A DNA stretch of 64,000 nt from Bacteroidota bacterium (GTDB taxonomy: Bacteria; Bacteroidota; Bacteroidia; Chitinophagales; BACL12), in the NCBI GenBank assembly GCA_016715425.1, contig JADKAC010000005.1, positions 832,798-896,797 of the forward strand, written 5' to 3'. Below the pieces are notes generated by a model. The model did not search any database, was not told the origin of the DNA, and saw only the letters and a list, made by a program, of their open reading frames with translations. This document shows, piece after piece, positions 32,976 to 41,943 of the stretch. A program made the position numbers and the translations under genes. Every line of letters begins with the position of its first letter. Positions within the stretch are counted from its first letter, which is position 1.

Positions 32976-34115
32976 ATGAATCTTCTAGAAAAATTATCAG
33001 CACCCGGCCCGAAACGTATTCTTGCCCTGGATGGCGGTGGTATTAAAGGCGCACTCACACTTGGTTTTTTAAATAGAATTGAAACGATTCTTAGAAAAAA
33101 GCATCACAATGAAAACATGGTGCTCAGCAATTATTTCGATTTTATCGGCGGTACCAGTACAGGTTCTATTATTGCAGCGCTGCTTGCAATAGGACATAGC
33201 ACAGAATATATCACTAAACTTTATCGTGAATTAGGTGGAGAAATTTTTAAAGATGATCGTCCTGTAATTGGTGGGTTGTTTGTTCCAAAATTTAAATCGA
33301 AGAATTTAAAAGAACGATTGAAAAAAGAATTTGGTGATATGACTTTAGAAAGTGATAAAATTCTAACCGGACTATGCATACTTACAAAAAGAATTGATAC
33401 AGGAGGAACATGGCCAATAATTAATCATCCGAAGGCAAAATATTTTAAGGATAATAAAGATATTCTGTTGCGGGATGCTGTTCGTGCAAGTACTGCGGCT
33501 CCTTCTTATTTTGAACCGGAAAGATTACAGGTGAAATTAGATCAAGCCGGAGATTTTATTGATGGTGGTGTCAGTATGGCAAATAATCCTGCATTATATA
33601 TGTTTATGGTTTCTCAATTAAAAGGATTTCCATTTCATTGGAATACAGGAAAAGAAAATCTGCTGATAGTTTCGGTTGGAACTGGTGGTACTCGTGCAAG
33701 ATTTCCTTTGGATAAATTAGATATAGTGGACAAGGTGGTAAAGGCAAAACATTGGGCGGTAAGTTCAATTGAATTGTTGATGAGCGATGCTCATATTTTT
33801 AATCAAATGATGTTGCAATCTTTGGGTTATTCACCAACCAGAATTTCCATTGATAGAGAGATTGGCAATATGGAATTAGATTGTATCACCACAAATCCAT
33901 TGTTTACTTATTTGCGTTATGATATGCCTTTCGATCCCGTTATAATTGCACAGCATCCTACTGTTGCAGAATATATAAATAAGTCAAAAATAGATGTGTT
34001 TGATTTGCGTAAAATGGATAAAGCAAAAAATAGAGAGGTGTTAGGTGCTATTGGTGAAATTGCTGCAGATGAACAAGTGAAAGCCGATCATTTTTCAGAT
34101 AGTTTTAATATTTAA
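32976..34115 (+). CDS. patatin-like phospholipase
   Basis: Oxyanion motif LALDGGGIKG, nucleophile elbow GGTSTGS (GxSxG), and catalytic Asp motif FIDGGVSMANNP. The Ser-Asp dyad is complete. Confidence 0.9.
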   Translation: MNLLEKLSAPGPKRILALDGGGIKGALTLGFLNRIETILRKKHHNENMVLSNYFDFIGGTSTGSIIAALLAIGHSTEYITKLYRELGGEIFKDDRPVIGGLFVPKFKSKNLKERLKKEFGDMTLESDKILTGLCILTKRIDTGGTWPIINHPKAKYFKDNKDILLRDAVRASTAAPSYFEPERLQVKLDQAGDFIDGGVSMANNPALYMFMVSQLKGFPFHWNTGKENLLIVSVGTGGTRARFPLDKLDIVDKVVKAKHWAVSSIELLMSDAHIFNQMMLQSLGYSPTRISIDREIGNMELDCITTNPLFTYLRYDMPFDPVIIAQHPTVAEYINKSKIDVFDLRKMDKAKNREVLGAIGEIAADEQVKADHFSDSFNI

Positions 34116-34117
34116 TT

Positions 34118-34342
34118 ATGAAAAAATTTAAAAAAGGGGATATACCTGATTTAAAATTTGCTCAGGCAGTGAAGAAGCCTATTCCGGTAAAATGCATTCA
34201 ATTAGAAGAACCATTTGAAGTGGAAACAATGGAAGGAATTATGCAAGGTAAAGCGGGAGATTGGCTGATAGTGGGAATTCATGGAGAAATGTATCCTATT
34301 GATAAAACGATTTTCGAAAAAACATACGACATAAAAGAATAG
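34118..34342 (+). CDS. small protein, PGDYG-domain-like
   Basis: 74 aa. ...PVKCIQLEEPFEVETMEGIMQGKAGDWLIVGIHGEMYPIDKTIFEKTYDI matches my memory of the PGDYG small-domain pattern (PGDY replaced by AGDW). Starts 2 nt after the patatin stop. Confidence 0.4.
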   Translation: MKKFKKGDIPDLKFAQAVKKPIPVKCIQLEEPFEVETMEGIMQGKAGDWLIVGIHGEMYPIDKTIFEKTYDIKE

Positions 34343-34399
34343 GAAGTAATACCAACTTCACAGAATAGAATAAATTTAAATTAATTAAAACAAACTAAT

Positions 34400-35194
34400 A
34401 TGCTGGAATTTTCAAAAAGTATGCAACGATTAATTAGCATGAACAAACTTGAACAGGCTATTGATGAATTTCAAAATGTGTTGGATAGATTTAATCCGAT
34501 TACAGAAACGGATAAAATAGAACAACGGGATTTGCGAACGGCTATCATCGCAACTTCACAACGATTGTATTTAGTAAAAGAAAAAGAACAAAAAGGAAAT
34601 TTAAGTGATGACGAAATCATGCGTGAACGTCGTTCGGTAAGCAATTCATTTCTGGATATAATAAATGAGCTGGATAAATATGATGCAGTAAATGCATATT
34701 TAATTACTTGGGAAGATGAGCAAGCCTGGAGAAAAACAAATTCATTAAATGCCATTGATGCATATAAGGAATATTTAAATAAATATCCTACGGGTAAATA
34801 TGCAGATGATGCAAGAAAATTTATCAGCATGTTGAAGATGATGGAGGAACAAAAAATAAAAGAGAAGGCAGAAGAAATCTATACTCCTCCTTTACAAAGC
34901 CATGCACCAAAACAGGAACGTATTATTTACAATGATCCTCCAGTTGAAAACAGAACAATGTATGAAAAACAACATGCATCTGTGGGTTCCGGCGAAGAAC
35001 TTTCTAATGGCTTATTTATCGTTTTACTCATTGGTTGTATTATTCCAATTATAGGTATTGGTGCCGGTGCGTATTTTCTTTATACAAAAAATAACTCCGT
35101 TTATAAATATGATGAGCCTAGCCGTAAAAAAGGAAGAACACTTATGATAGTGGGAGGGATAATGGTATTTCTATATATTATCGGAGGCTATTGA
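34400..35194 (+). CDS. membrane protein: N-terminal helical adaptor (effector-associated-domain-like), central helical region, C-terminal 2-TM hairpin
   Basis: The N-terminal ~90 aa align with the C-terminus of the adjacent TIR protein (see findings). The C-terminus has two hydrophobic helices, LFIVLLIGCIIPIIGIGAGAYFLY and TLMIVGGIMVFLYIIGGY. Confidence 0.6.
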   Translation: MLEFSKSMQRLISMNKLEQAIDEFQNVLDRFNPITETDKIEQRDLRTAIIATSQRLYLVKEKEQKGNLSDDEIMRERRSVSNSFLDIINELDKYDAVNAYLITWEDEQAWRKTNSLNAIDAYKEYLNKYPTGKYADDARKFISMLKMMEEQKIKEKAEEIYTPPLQSHAPKQERIIYNDPPVENRTMYEKQHASVGSGEELSNGLFIVLLIGCIIPIIGIGAGAYFLYTKNNSVYKYDEPSRKKGRTLMIVGGIMVFLYIIGGY

Positions 35195-35195
35195 A

Positions 35196-35960
35196 ATGCC
35201 TGACTACAAAATCAATAATATCTTCATTTCCTACGCTCACGAAGATGAGCTGTTTAAGGATAAGCTTGTAAAACATTTATCGGGGTTAACAAGAAACGGC
35301 CAAATAAATTTATGGACAGATACGGTTATAGTTCCCGGTCAGGAATGGGATAATGAAATTAAGAATGCATTGCAACAAGCAGATATTATTTTGTTTTTAG
35401 TGAGTGCGGATTTTATGGCTTCCAATTATATTCATACTATCGAAATTGAAAATGCAATTGCAAAACATAATTCTGGTGAAATAATTATTGTTCCGGTAAT
35501 TATCCGTTCTTGCGATTTCCGGAGTTTGCCTTTAAAGAAATTTCAGGCATTGCCAAAAGGAAATGTTCCGGTTACAAAATGGAGCGATGAGGATGAAGCG
35601 TTTTTAAATATTGTAGAAGGTATTAAAATGATTTTGGCTCCGGTAAAAGTAAATACAGCGCCGTCACCAGTTGTAAACCTAGATTCACAGATAATTGCAA
35701 GTATATCTCCTGAAATTTCTAAACAAATTCGCAATTTTATTGCAACTAATAAAACAGAATTGGCAATAAACATTATGATGAAAGTTATTCCTGAAAATAA
35801 TGCAGATGCAAGTAATACCTGTATTGTGTTACAGGCAAAATATAATGAATTGCGTAAAAAGAATAGATTGGGAATTATGTCGTATGATGAATATTCAAGA
35901 TCCGTTTCGGGGGTGAATATTTCATTGCTTGAATTATTGGATACTTTAACTAATGCATGA
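35196..35960 (+). CDS. TIR-domain protein with a C-terminal helical adaptor domain
   Basis: IFISYAHEDELFKDKLVKHL...WTD..VPGQEWDNEIKNALQQADIILFLVSADFMASNYIHTIEIENAI is a TIR_2-type pattern that includes the conserved Glu position. The ~80-aa C-terminal region is helical. Confidence 0.85.
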   Translation: MPDYKINNIFISYAHEDELFKDKLVKHLSGLTRNGQINLWTDTVIVPGQEWDNEIKNALQQADIILFLVSADFMASNYIHTIEIENAIAKHNSGEIIIVPVIIRSCDFRSLPLKKFQALPKGNVPVTKWSDEDEAFLNIVEGIKMILAPVKVNTAPSPVVNLDSQIIASISPEISKQIRNFIATNKTELAINIMMKVIPENNADASNTCIVLQAKYNELRKKNRLGIMSYDEYSRSVSGVNISLLELLDTLTNA

Positions 35961-36928
35961 TGCAATTTCGAACTGAATTATTTCCGGCATCGGAAGCAAT
36001 TGTTATTAATTATAATTCTCGGATTTTTACTATCGGTTCTTGTTTCACTGAACATATTAGCAATACTCTTAGAACTTTAAAATTTAATGTGCTGTCAAAT
36101 CCATTTGGCATTGTATATAATCCGGTTTCAATTTGCAATCAATTGGAAAGAATTGTAAAGAGAAAGTATTTTATTGCTGACGATTTGTTTTTATCTGAAG
36201 GAGTTTATCGCACATTTGAAGCGCATAGCATAATGGCTGATTATACTCAAGAAGAAACATTGCAAAAAATAAATACTGTAATTGATGAATCACATATTAG
36301 GTTACAAAACACTACCCATGTCATCATTACTTTCGGTGCTTCGATTATACATGAGCTTAGTGAAACAAAATCTATAGTAGCAAATAATCACAAACAAGCG
36401 GCAAGTACATTTCAAAAACGTTTTCTCACAATTATTGAAATAGTAGAGGCATATCTGATGATAATATTTTATCTAAAGAAAATGAATGCGGATATTGAAA
36501 TTGTGTTTACCATAAGTCCTGTACGGCATATCAAAGATGGGCTTACGGATAATACAATAAGCAAGTCCTTACTGTTTGCTGCCTTGCATGAAATCTTAAA
36601 TAAAAAAGATATTTTTTATTTTCCTTCTTATGAATTAGTGATAGATGATTTGCGTGATTATCGTTTTTTTGAAAAAGATTTGGTGCATCCCAATGCAATG
36701 GCTATTGATTATGTATGGGAGAAATTTAAATCGTGGGCAATTAGTAAAGATTGTTATTCAACGATGGAAAATATTTCCAAAATAAATTCTGCAATTCAAC
36801 ACAGACCCTTTTTCAATAAAACTGAACAGCATAAGGAATTTAGAAAGAAAATGGTAGAATTTACTTTGCAATTGCAGAAAAAAAATCCGATGTTGAATTT
36901 CGAAAAGGAAATTGAATTCTTTACTTGA
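35957..36928 (+). CDS. GSCFA-family protein (SGNH-hydrolase-like, function unknown)
   Basis: The N-terminal FTIGSCFTEHI matches the GSCFA signature. The remainder is consistent in length (323 aa). ATGA overlap with the TIR gene. Confidence 0.65.
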   Translation: MMQFRTELFPASEAIVINYNSRIFTIGSCFTEHISNTLRTLKFNVLSNPFGIVYNPVSICNQLERIVKRKYFIADDLFLSEGVYRTFEAHSIMADYTQEETLQKINTVIDESHIRLQNTTHVIITFGASIIHELSETKSIVANNHKQAASTFQKRFLTIIEIVEAYLMIIFYLKKMNADIEIVFTISPVRHIKDGLTDNTISKSLLFAALHEILNKKDIFYFPSYELVIDDLRDYRFFEKDLVHPNAMAIDYVWEKFKSWAISKDCYSTMENISKINSAIQHRPFFNKTEQHKEFRKKMVEFTLQLQKKNPMLNFEKEIEFFT

Positions 36929-36940
36929 TTTTTTTAAAAT

Positions 36941-37275
36941 GGTATCGGGTATCGAGTATCGGGTATAGAACTTTGACTATTGACTATTGACTTAGACATT
37001 GACAAAAAAAACACATCACTGAATTTGGCTATTAACTTTTAGCTATTGGCTGTTGGCGAAAAAAAACTTTGACTATTGATGAAAAACTTTGGCTATTGGC
37101 TATTGACCATTAACATTGACTATTGACAAAAAAAACTCATCACTCATTATTGATTATTCATTAATTATTTTTCATTTACAATTTACAATTTACCATTTAC
37201 AATTGCTTATTGCTTATTGCCTTTTGCTAATTGCTTATTATTTTTTCACCATTCACCATTCACCATTCACTATTT
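36941..37275. repeat. mosaic of heptanucleotide tandem-repeat blocks in a convergent intergenic region
   Basis: Blocks of about 4-5 units each: GGTATCG (36941-36968), TTGACTA (36973-37003 and again 37068-37130, mixed with TTGGCTA), TTGGCTA-like (37026-37060), ATTTACA (37174-37204), TTGCTTA (37203-37237), TCACCAT (37246-37273). There is also a higher-order repeat TTGACAAAAAAAAC(A/T)CATCACT at about 36998 and 37123. Confidence 0.9.
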
Positions 37276-37617
37276 TCTTATCCAACGCAAGGCATACCCT
37301 GCGCATGCACTGAAGCCACCAATAATTCCCATCAATAGACTACTAATCAGAAGGAATAAATTTTTATTACTGAGTCCAAATACTTCCGCCATACGGGTAC
37401 TTAATAAACCTGCATTTTGAATATCGAACCACATATATAAAAGTATCCATGCAATGGAAACTATCAAAACACCGGATAAAAATGCTTTGTATAATTTATT
37501 TACAGGAATAAAGAAAAACATAAAAAATGTTACGCCTGCAAATACAAACCACGGTAATAGCAATTGCAAAACAATACAAATAAGCACACCGGATACTATC
37601 AGCCATAAAAATTTCAT
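37270..37617 (-). CDS. small integral membrane protein (hypothetical)
   Basis: About 115 aa with 3-4 hydrophobic helices. ATG 37617 (MKFLWLIVSG) is preferred over the track start 37647 because it removes the overlap with the acylase gene. Confidence 0.5.
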   Translation of the reverse strand: MKFLWLIVSGVLICIVLQLLLPWFVFAGVTFFMFFFIPVNKLYKAFLSGVLIVSIAWILLYMWFDIQNAGLLSTRMAEVFGLSNKNLFLLISSLLMGIIGGFSACAGYALRWIRK

Positions 37618-37618
37618 G

Positions 37619-40045
37619 TTATTTAAATATTGTTGTGAAAAAGGCATTATGTTCTGCCTCTTTTTCTGTTTTATAAAATTGAAGTGGATAATAAATATTA
37701 TTTGCCCAGTCAGTTATAAAATTATCATAATACTTACTTCCCGGATTACCGCTTTGGCCGCCGGGATAAATTGCCCATGCCTTTATTTGTTTTGGATCCA
37801 TTTCTACAATCATTCGCCACGATGGTCCATTGCGTTCGCTGGTGGCATTCACTATATTTCTATAGCCCCCATTTTTAATTGTAGTGCGACTAAAAGCAGG
37901 TATTTGTGCTAAGTGCATGATTGAAGTATTTTTATATTTATACCACTGCAAATTATCGGGATGTAATTGCAAAAGACTATCCTTCCAAATTGTGGTTTCT
38001 TCTATTGCCATTAATGCGATATCTGCAAAAGTTTCTTTCTTGTTTGTATTTTGAATATCGAAATAATTAACCGCCAATCCGGATTTTATAAATTGAATAG
38101 TTGCATAATTGCTTGGTAATAAAAGTGATTTTGTATTGTTAGGAATAACAAACTCATCCCACAACATGGTATTAAAAGTTGTCCAGAATTTTTGAAACAG
38201 GGAAGGAGTTATTAATTCTGCATTATTTTCATAATTCCATGTACCTAAAGAATCATAAATAACATTTGCACTATCCGAAAGTTGCATTGCATCAATTGCA
38301 CGTAAAAGTATCGGCAATGACTCAGCTGCGATTAAATTGTAATTATCACCTTGAAGCAGCATCATATCTTCAACAGTAATTTGTTGCATAGAATCTAATA
38401 AGAAATTGATGCGACGATTTCGAAAAAATTCAAAATCGCTGCTCATATAAAAATAAGGATAGAGTGTATCTGTAGGATGTTGATTTGCCGAACTCACATA
38501 CCCTCGTGTAGGATTAAGAATAAACGGATTTTGAGAAAAAGGGATATAAGTATTCCATTCATTTGCAGGCATACTTCCATCCAATACAAAGCGACCTTGT
38601 TCCGGCCACTTCACTGCATATTTTCCTGTTTGTGTAATACCGATATCTCCCGTGATAGATGCAAAAACAATGTTTTGACCGGGACATTCAAAATAGGAAA
38701 CGGCAGTTCTGTAATCGGAATAATTCTTCGATTTGTTCAGCAAATAAAACACTCTAAAATCATTAGAAATATCAATAGCGGCCCAACGCATTGCCAATGA
38801 ATTCCAATCCGAATACGCAGTATCAAAATCTTTATAAACCATTGGCCCCTGATGCGTGTAAAAAACTGTATCTATTATTTCTGGTCCGTCTTTTACTTTA
38901 ATATGTTCTATTTGTTTTGAAAATGGTTTTATTGAATTATCATACTTGTAATTATTGTTATCTGCATTTGTAATGCGATACCAGTCACGTACATCACGAC
39001 CAGAATTAGTACTGCCCCATGCGATATAATTATTAAATCCGATTATTATCGCAGGCGCACCGGCAAAACATACTCCATAATTATTATTATCCGGTGTGGT
39101 TAATTGAATCTCAAACCATATAGAAGGTAAGTTTAATTGCAGATGCGGATCATTACATAAAATAGCATTGCCGTTTTTGGTTTTAGCAGGTGCAATGGCC
39201 CAATTATTACTGCCTACACCTGATTGTTCTTCGTCGTGTTGTTCATGATTATTTATACCATAAATAGATTCAGTATAATATGCATTGGAAGTATCGGTTT
39301 GTAAAGCATTAAAATTATATGGAGTTCCTTTTGGAATTATGGGTTCCAAATCATTTGGCCAAAGCGGATATAACAAATTAAAATCTTCCCGACCAATTAA
39401 ATTAATGGCATTTGTGTATTCCACATCATCATCAAAACCTGCGAGAGTATTGCTCATGTACATCAGTAAATTACAAGTATGCAACGGTTCGAACTTCGTG
39501 GGTTTAAAATTCAACAGTTTATATTCCAAAGGATAATCTGCGTATTTCAGCGTTTCGATATATGCATTCACACCTTCGGAATATGCATTTATAATTCCAT
39601 TAATTTCCGGATCCGCTTGAATTGCTTTTAATTTATTTTCTGCACCCTTTGCCATTCCTAAACGACGTTGAAGACGATCATAATTAATTAAATCCGGACC
39701 TAATATTTCAGAGAGCTGACCTGATGCTGCACGGAAAGTAATTTCCATTTGCCATAAACGATGTTTAGCAACAATGTATCCTTGAGCCATATATAAGTCG
39801 TGCTCGTTTTCAGCAAATATGTGGGGCACCAAACGGGTGTCATAATACACATGCACAGGATCATGTAATCCGGGCAATTCTAATACTTGTGATTTGTAAT
39901 CATATTTATTTTCTGCATTCGCCATATAGCCATGAACAGGATCTAATAATTTTCCTACTGGAGGTAATTTTCCTTTTCCATTATTGAAAATGAAAATTAG
40001 TGTAATGGAGATACAAGCAAAAAATATAAAACGAAGAAATCGCAT
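37619..40045 (-). CDS. penicillin acylase-family Ntn hydrolase (possibly an acyl-homoserine-lactone or beta-lactam acylase)
   Basis: 808 aa with a signal peptide. The autoprocessing/nucleophile site GVGSNNWAIAP (Ser-Asn-Asn-Trp) is typical of the S45 family. Confidence 0.8.
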   Translation of the reverse strand: MRFLRFIFFACISITLIFIFNNGKGKLPPVGKLLDPVHGYMANAENKYDYKSQVLELPGLHDPVHVYYDTRLVPHIFAENEHDLYMAQGYIVAKHRLWQMEITFRAASGQLSEILGPDLINYDRLQRRLGMAKGAENKLKAIQADPEINGIINAYSEGVNAYIETLKYADYPLEYKLLNFKPTKFEPLHTCNLLMYMSNTLAGFDDDVEYTNAINLIGREDFNLLYPLWPNDLEPIIPKGTPYNFNALQTDTSNAYYTESIYGINNHEQHDEEQSGVGSNNWAIAPAKTKNGNAILCNDPHLQLNLPSIWFEIQLTTPDNNNYGVCFAGAPAIIIGFNNYIAWGSTNSGRDVRDWYRITNADNNNYKYDNSIKPFSKQIEHIKVKDGPEIIDTVFYTHQGPMVYKDFDTAYSDWNSLAMRWAAIDISNDFRVFYLLNKSKNYSDYRTAVSYFECPGQNIVFASITGDIGITQTGKYAVKWPEQGRFVLDGSMPANEWNTYIPFSQNPFILNPTRGYVSSANQHPTDTLYPYFYMSSDFEFFRNRRINFLLDSMQQITVEDMMLLQGDNYNLIAAESLPILLRAIDAMQLSDSANVIYDSLGTWNYENNAELITPSLFQKFWTTFNTMLWDEFVIPNNTKSLLLPSNYATIQFIKSGLAVNYFDIQNTNKKETFADIALMAIEETTIWKDSLLQLHPDNLQWYKYKNTSIMHLAQIPAFSRTTIKNGGYRNIVNATSERNGPSWRMIVEMDPKQIKAWAIYPGGQSGNPGSKYYDNFITDWANNIYYPLQFYKTEKEAEHNAFFTTIFK

Positions 40046-40095
40046 ATCCGGAAAATTAATTCGAAAAGTTACAAGTATTGAAGTGAATTAGATAA

Positions 40096-40407
40096 TTACT
40101 GTAAACAATCATTTGCATATTGTTCCATTTCTTCAGTTGAAATATTTTCAATTGATTCAGGATCGGGATATTTTTCCATGATAGCAGCTAGCATACATTT
40201 ACAATAGGACTCTGCAACGACAGTGTCAAAATTTTCAACTGTACCATCATAACAAATTTCATAAAAGGCTTTTTGTTGCTCTGCTGACCAATTCACTTGT
40301 TGTTTACAGCCTAAAAAAACAGAAATGATAACAAGAAATGAAAAGGAATAAAACACTTTCAATGTGTGATAATTTAGATAATTAGATAAATGTAAATTGC
40401 GATTCAC
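40096..40407 (-). CDS. hypothetical small lipoprotein
   Basis: Lipobox VFLGC, followed by a short Cys-containing soluble domain. Confidence 0.4.
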   Translation of the reverse strand: MNRNLHLSNYLNYHTLKVFYSFSFLVIISVFLGCKQQVNWSAEQQKAFYEICYDGTVENFDTVVAESYCKCMLAAIMEKYPDPESIENISTEEMEQYANDCLQ

Positions 40408-40452
40408 ATTGTATAGTTAGATAGTTAGAAAAAGAAATTCGCTTGCATTTTT

Positions 40453-41373
40453 TTATTCTGTGAAATGAAAAGTAGCTATCATTCCACGTAAACCCATATC
40501 CACTACTTGTTCTGTTAATGCAGGATTCACTACATCCACATCCCAGATTCCGTTGGCATTTACATCTTCCCATTCAAAACTATTATTGTTTGAAAAGGAT
40601 AATGTAATAGTAAGATTTTGCTTTTTAGATTCATCATCAATCACTAATGGCTCGGTAAATTTTCCTGTAATCACACCTGATCCCAAAGGCAAGGGAGAAG
40701 TAGCAGCAATCGGATTTACACAAGTTGTAATTCCAATTGATTGACCTGAGTATGTTGAATTATAAGATTCGTAAGGTGCAGTTAAATGTGTTTCAAAAGC
40801 CCAGAACCCTTGCGATTTATTTGCATTAATATCTGTGCTTAATTGCATTATTTGTAAAGTGCGAATGTAGGTATTGTAACCAATAAAAGATGCGACCGTT
40901 CCTGTAGTTTCTACATCACCAACGCTTGGAATATTCCTTAAAATAAGATCAATATCATAATTCAGATAGGACACTGATGCACGCACATAATTATAATTAT
41001 CGTTTGCGATACGGTTGATATTAACTGTAAAGCTTATTTCATTTTCTGAAACAATAATTGCAGAATCAAAATCAATAGCAACTGCGCCACCGTCAATTGT
41101 TTCTGCTGATTTATAAAGCTGTGCGCCTTTTTTATAGGGAGTAAATTCGTCCTGTGATAATTCTAAATAATGAATGCTCAATTCATTTATTCTAGGTGAT
41201 TGTGCAGCATTTCCTGCAGGTAGAGTAACAGGATTACCGTCCTTATCTAATCTCACTTGCGTTTCATCAAATATCGATTTAAAATCTACCGTACTAAAAT
41301 GTTTTATGTCTTTGTCGCAGGAAGAGAAAATGAAAGTTGTTACAACTGAAATTATCAAAATTATTTTATACAT
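40453..41373 (-). CDS. hypothetical lipoprotein
   Basis: Signal peptide with lipobox IFSSC. No recognisable motifs. Confidence 0.45.
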   Translation of the reverse strand: MYKIILIISVVTTFIFSSCDKDIKHFSTVDFKSIFDETQVRLDKDGNPVTLPAGNAAQSPRINELSIHYLELSQDEFTPYKKGAQLYKSAETIDGGAVAIDFDSAIIVSENEISFTVNINRIANDNYNYVRASVSYLNYDIDLILRNIPSVGDVETTGTVASFIGYNTYIRTLQIMQLSTDINANKSQGFWAFETHLTAPYESYNSTYSGQSIGITTCVNPIAATSPLPLGSGVITGKFTEPLVIDDESKKQNLTITLSFSNNNSFEWEDVNANGIWDVDVVNPALTEQVVDMGLRGMIATFHFTE

Positions 41374-41502
41374 ACACCATGCATGATTTTTATTAAATTC
41401 TTATCGGTAAAATTAGTAAATAAACTTTGCGCTATCTACTTAAACAGGAAATCATAAGCATGCTGTTATTACATTCATGATAAAAGTTGCGAGGCGAATT
41501 AT

Positions 41503-41925
41503 TTATTCTATTAATTTTTTCATTTCCTGCATTAGCGACGCCCAATTACTTGCTGAATGTTCTGCTTTTTCTGCATCATAATTTGATTGTGTAATCACTA
41601 ACTCTGTTTTGTCTCCCAAATCTTTTACTTCATATCTAATCCATAAATAATTATCCGGTTTATCTTCTTTATTACTCCAATTGCTCAAGTAGGTATAAGT
41701 AAGTACTTTGTTGGGTTCATATTCCAAAACTTTACCCTGATCTTTATATTTCTGACCTTCCCATTCACCCTGAAAAATTATTGGACTACCCACTTTCCAA
41801 TCAGTAATTAAATCAGTTCCGAAAAAATATTGTTTTACAATTTCTGGATTGGTTAATGCATTCCATACCTTCTCAACCGGTGCATTAAAAGTTGTTTTGT
41901 ATTGTTTTTTAAAATCTGTTTGCAT
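41503..41925 (-). CDS. SRPBCC-superfamily protein (AHSA1/START-like)
   Basis: FNAPVEKVWNALTNPEIVKQYFFG is typical of the Activator-of-Hsp90-ATPase-homolog-1-like family. Confidence 0.7.
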   Translation of the reverse strand: MQTDFKKQYKTTFNAPVEKVWNALTNPEIVKQYFFGTDLITDWKVGSPIIFQGEWEGQKYKDQGKVLEYEPNKVLTYTYLSNWSNKEDKPDNYLWIRYEVKDLGDKTELVITQSNYDAEKAEHSASNWASLMQEMKKLIE

Positions 41926-41943
41926 ATTGTTTCAATTATAGAA

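Noticed and set aside
36941-37275. Whether the repeat region is a CRISPR array.
   Set aside because: The units are 7 bp and directly abutting, with no 25-40-bp repeats separated by unique spacers. No cas genes occur anywhere in the window.
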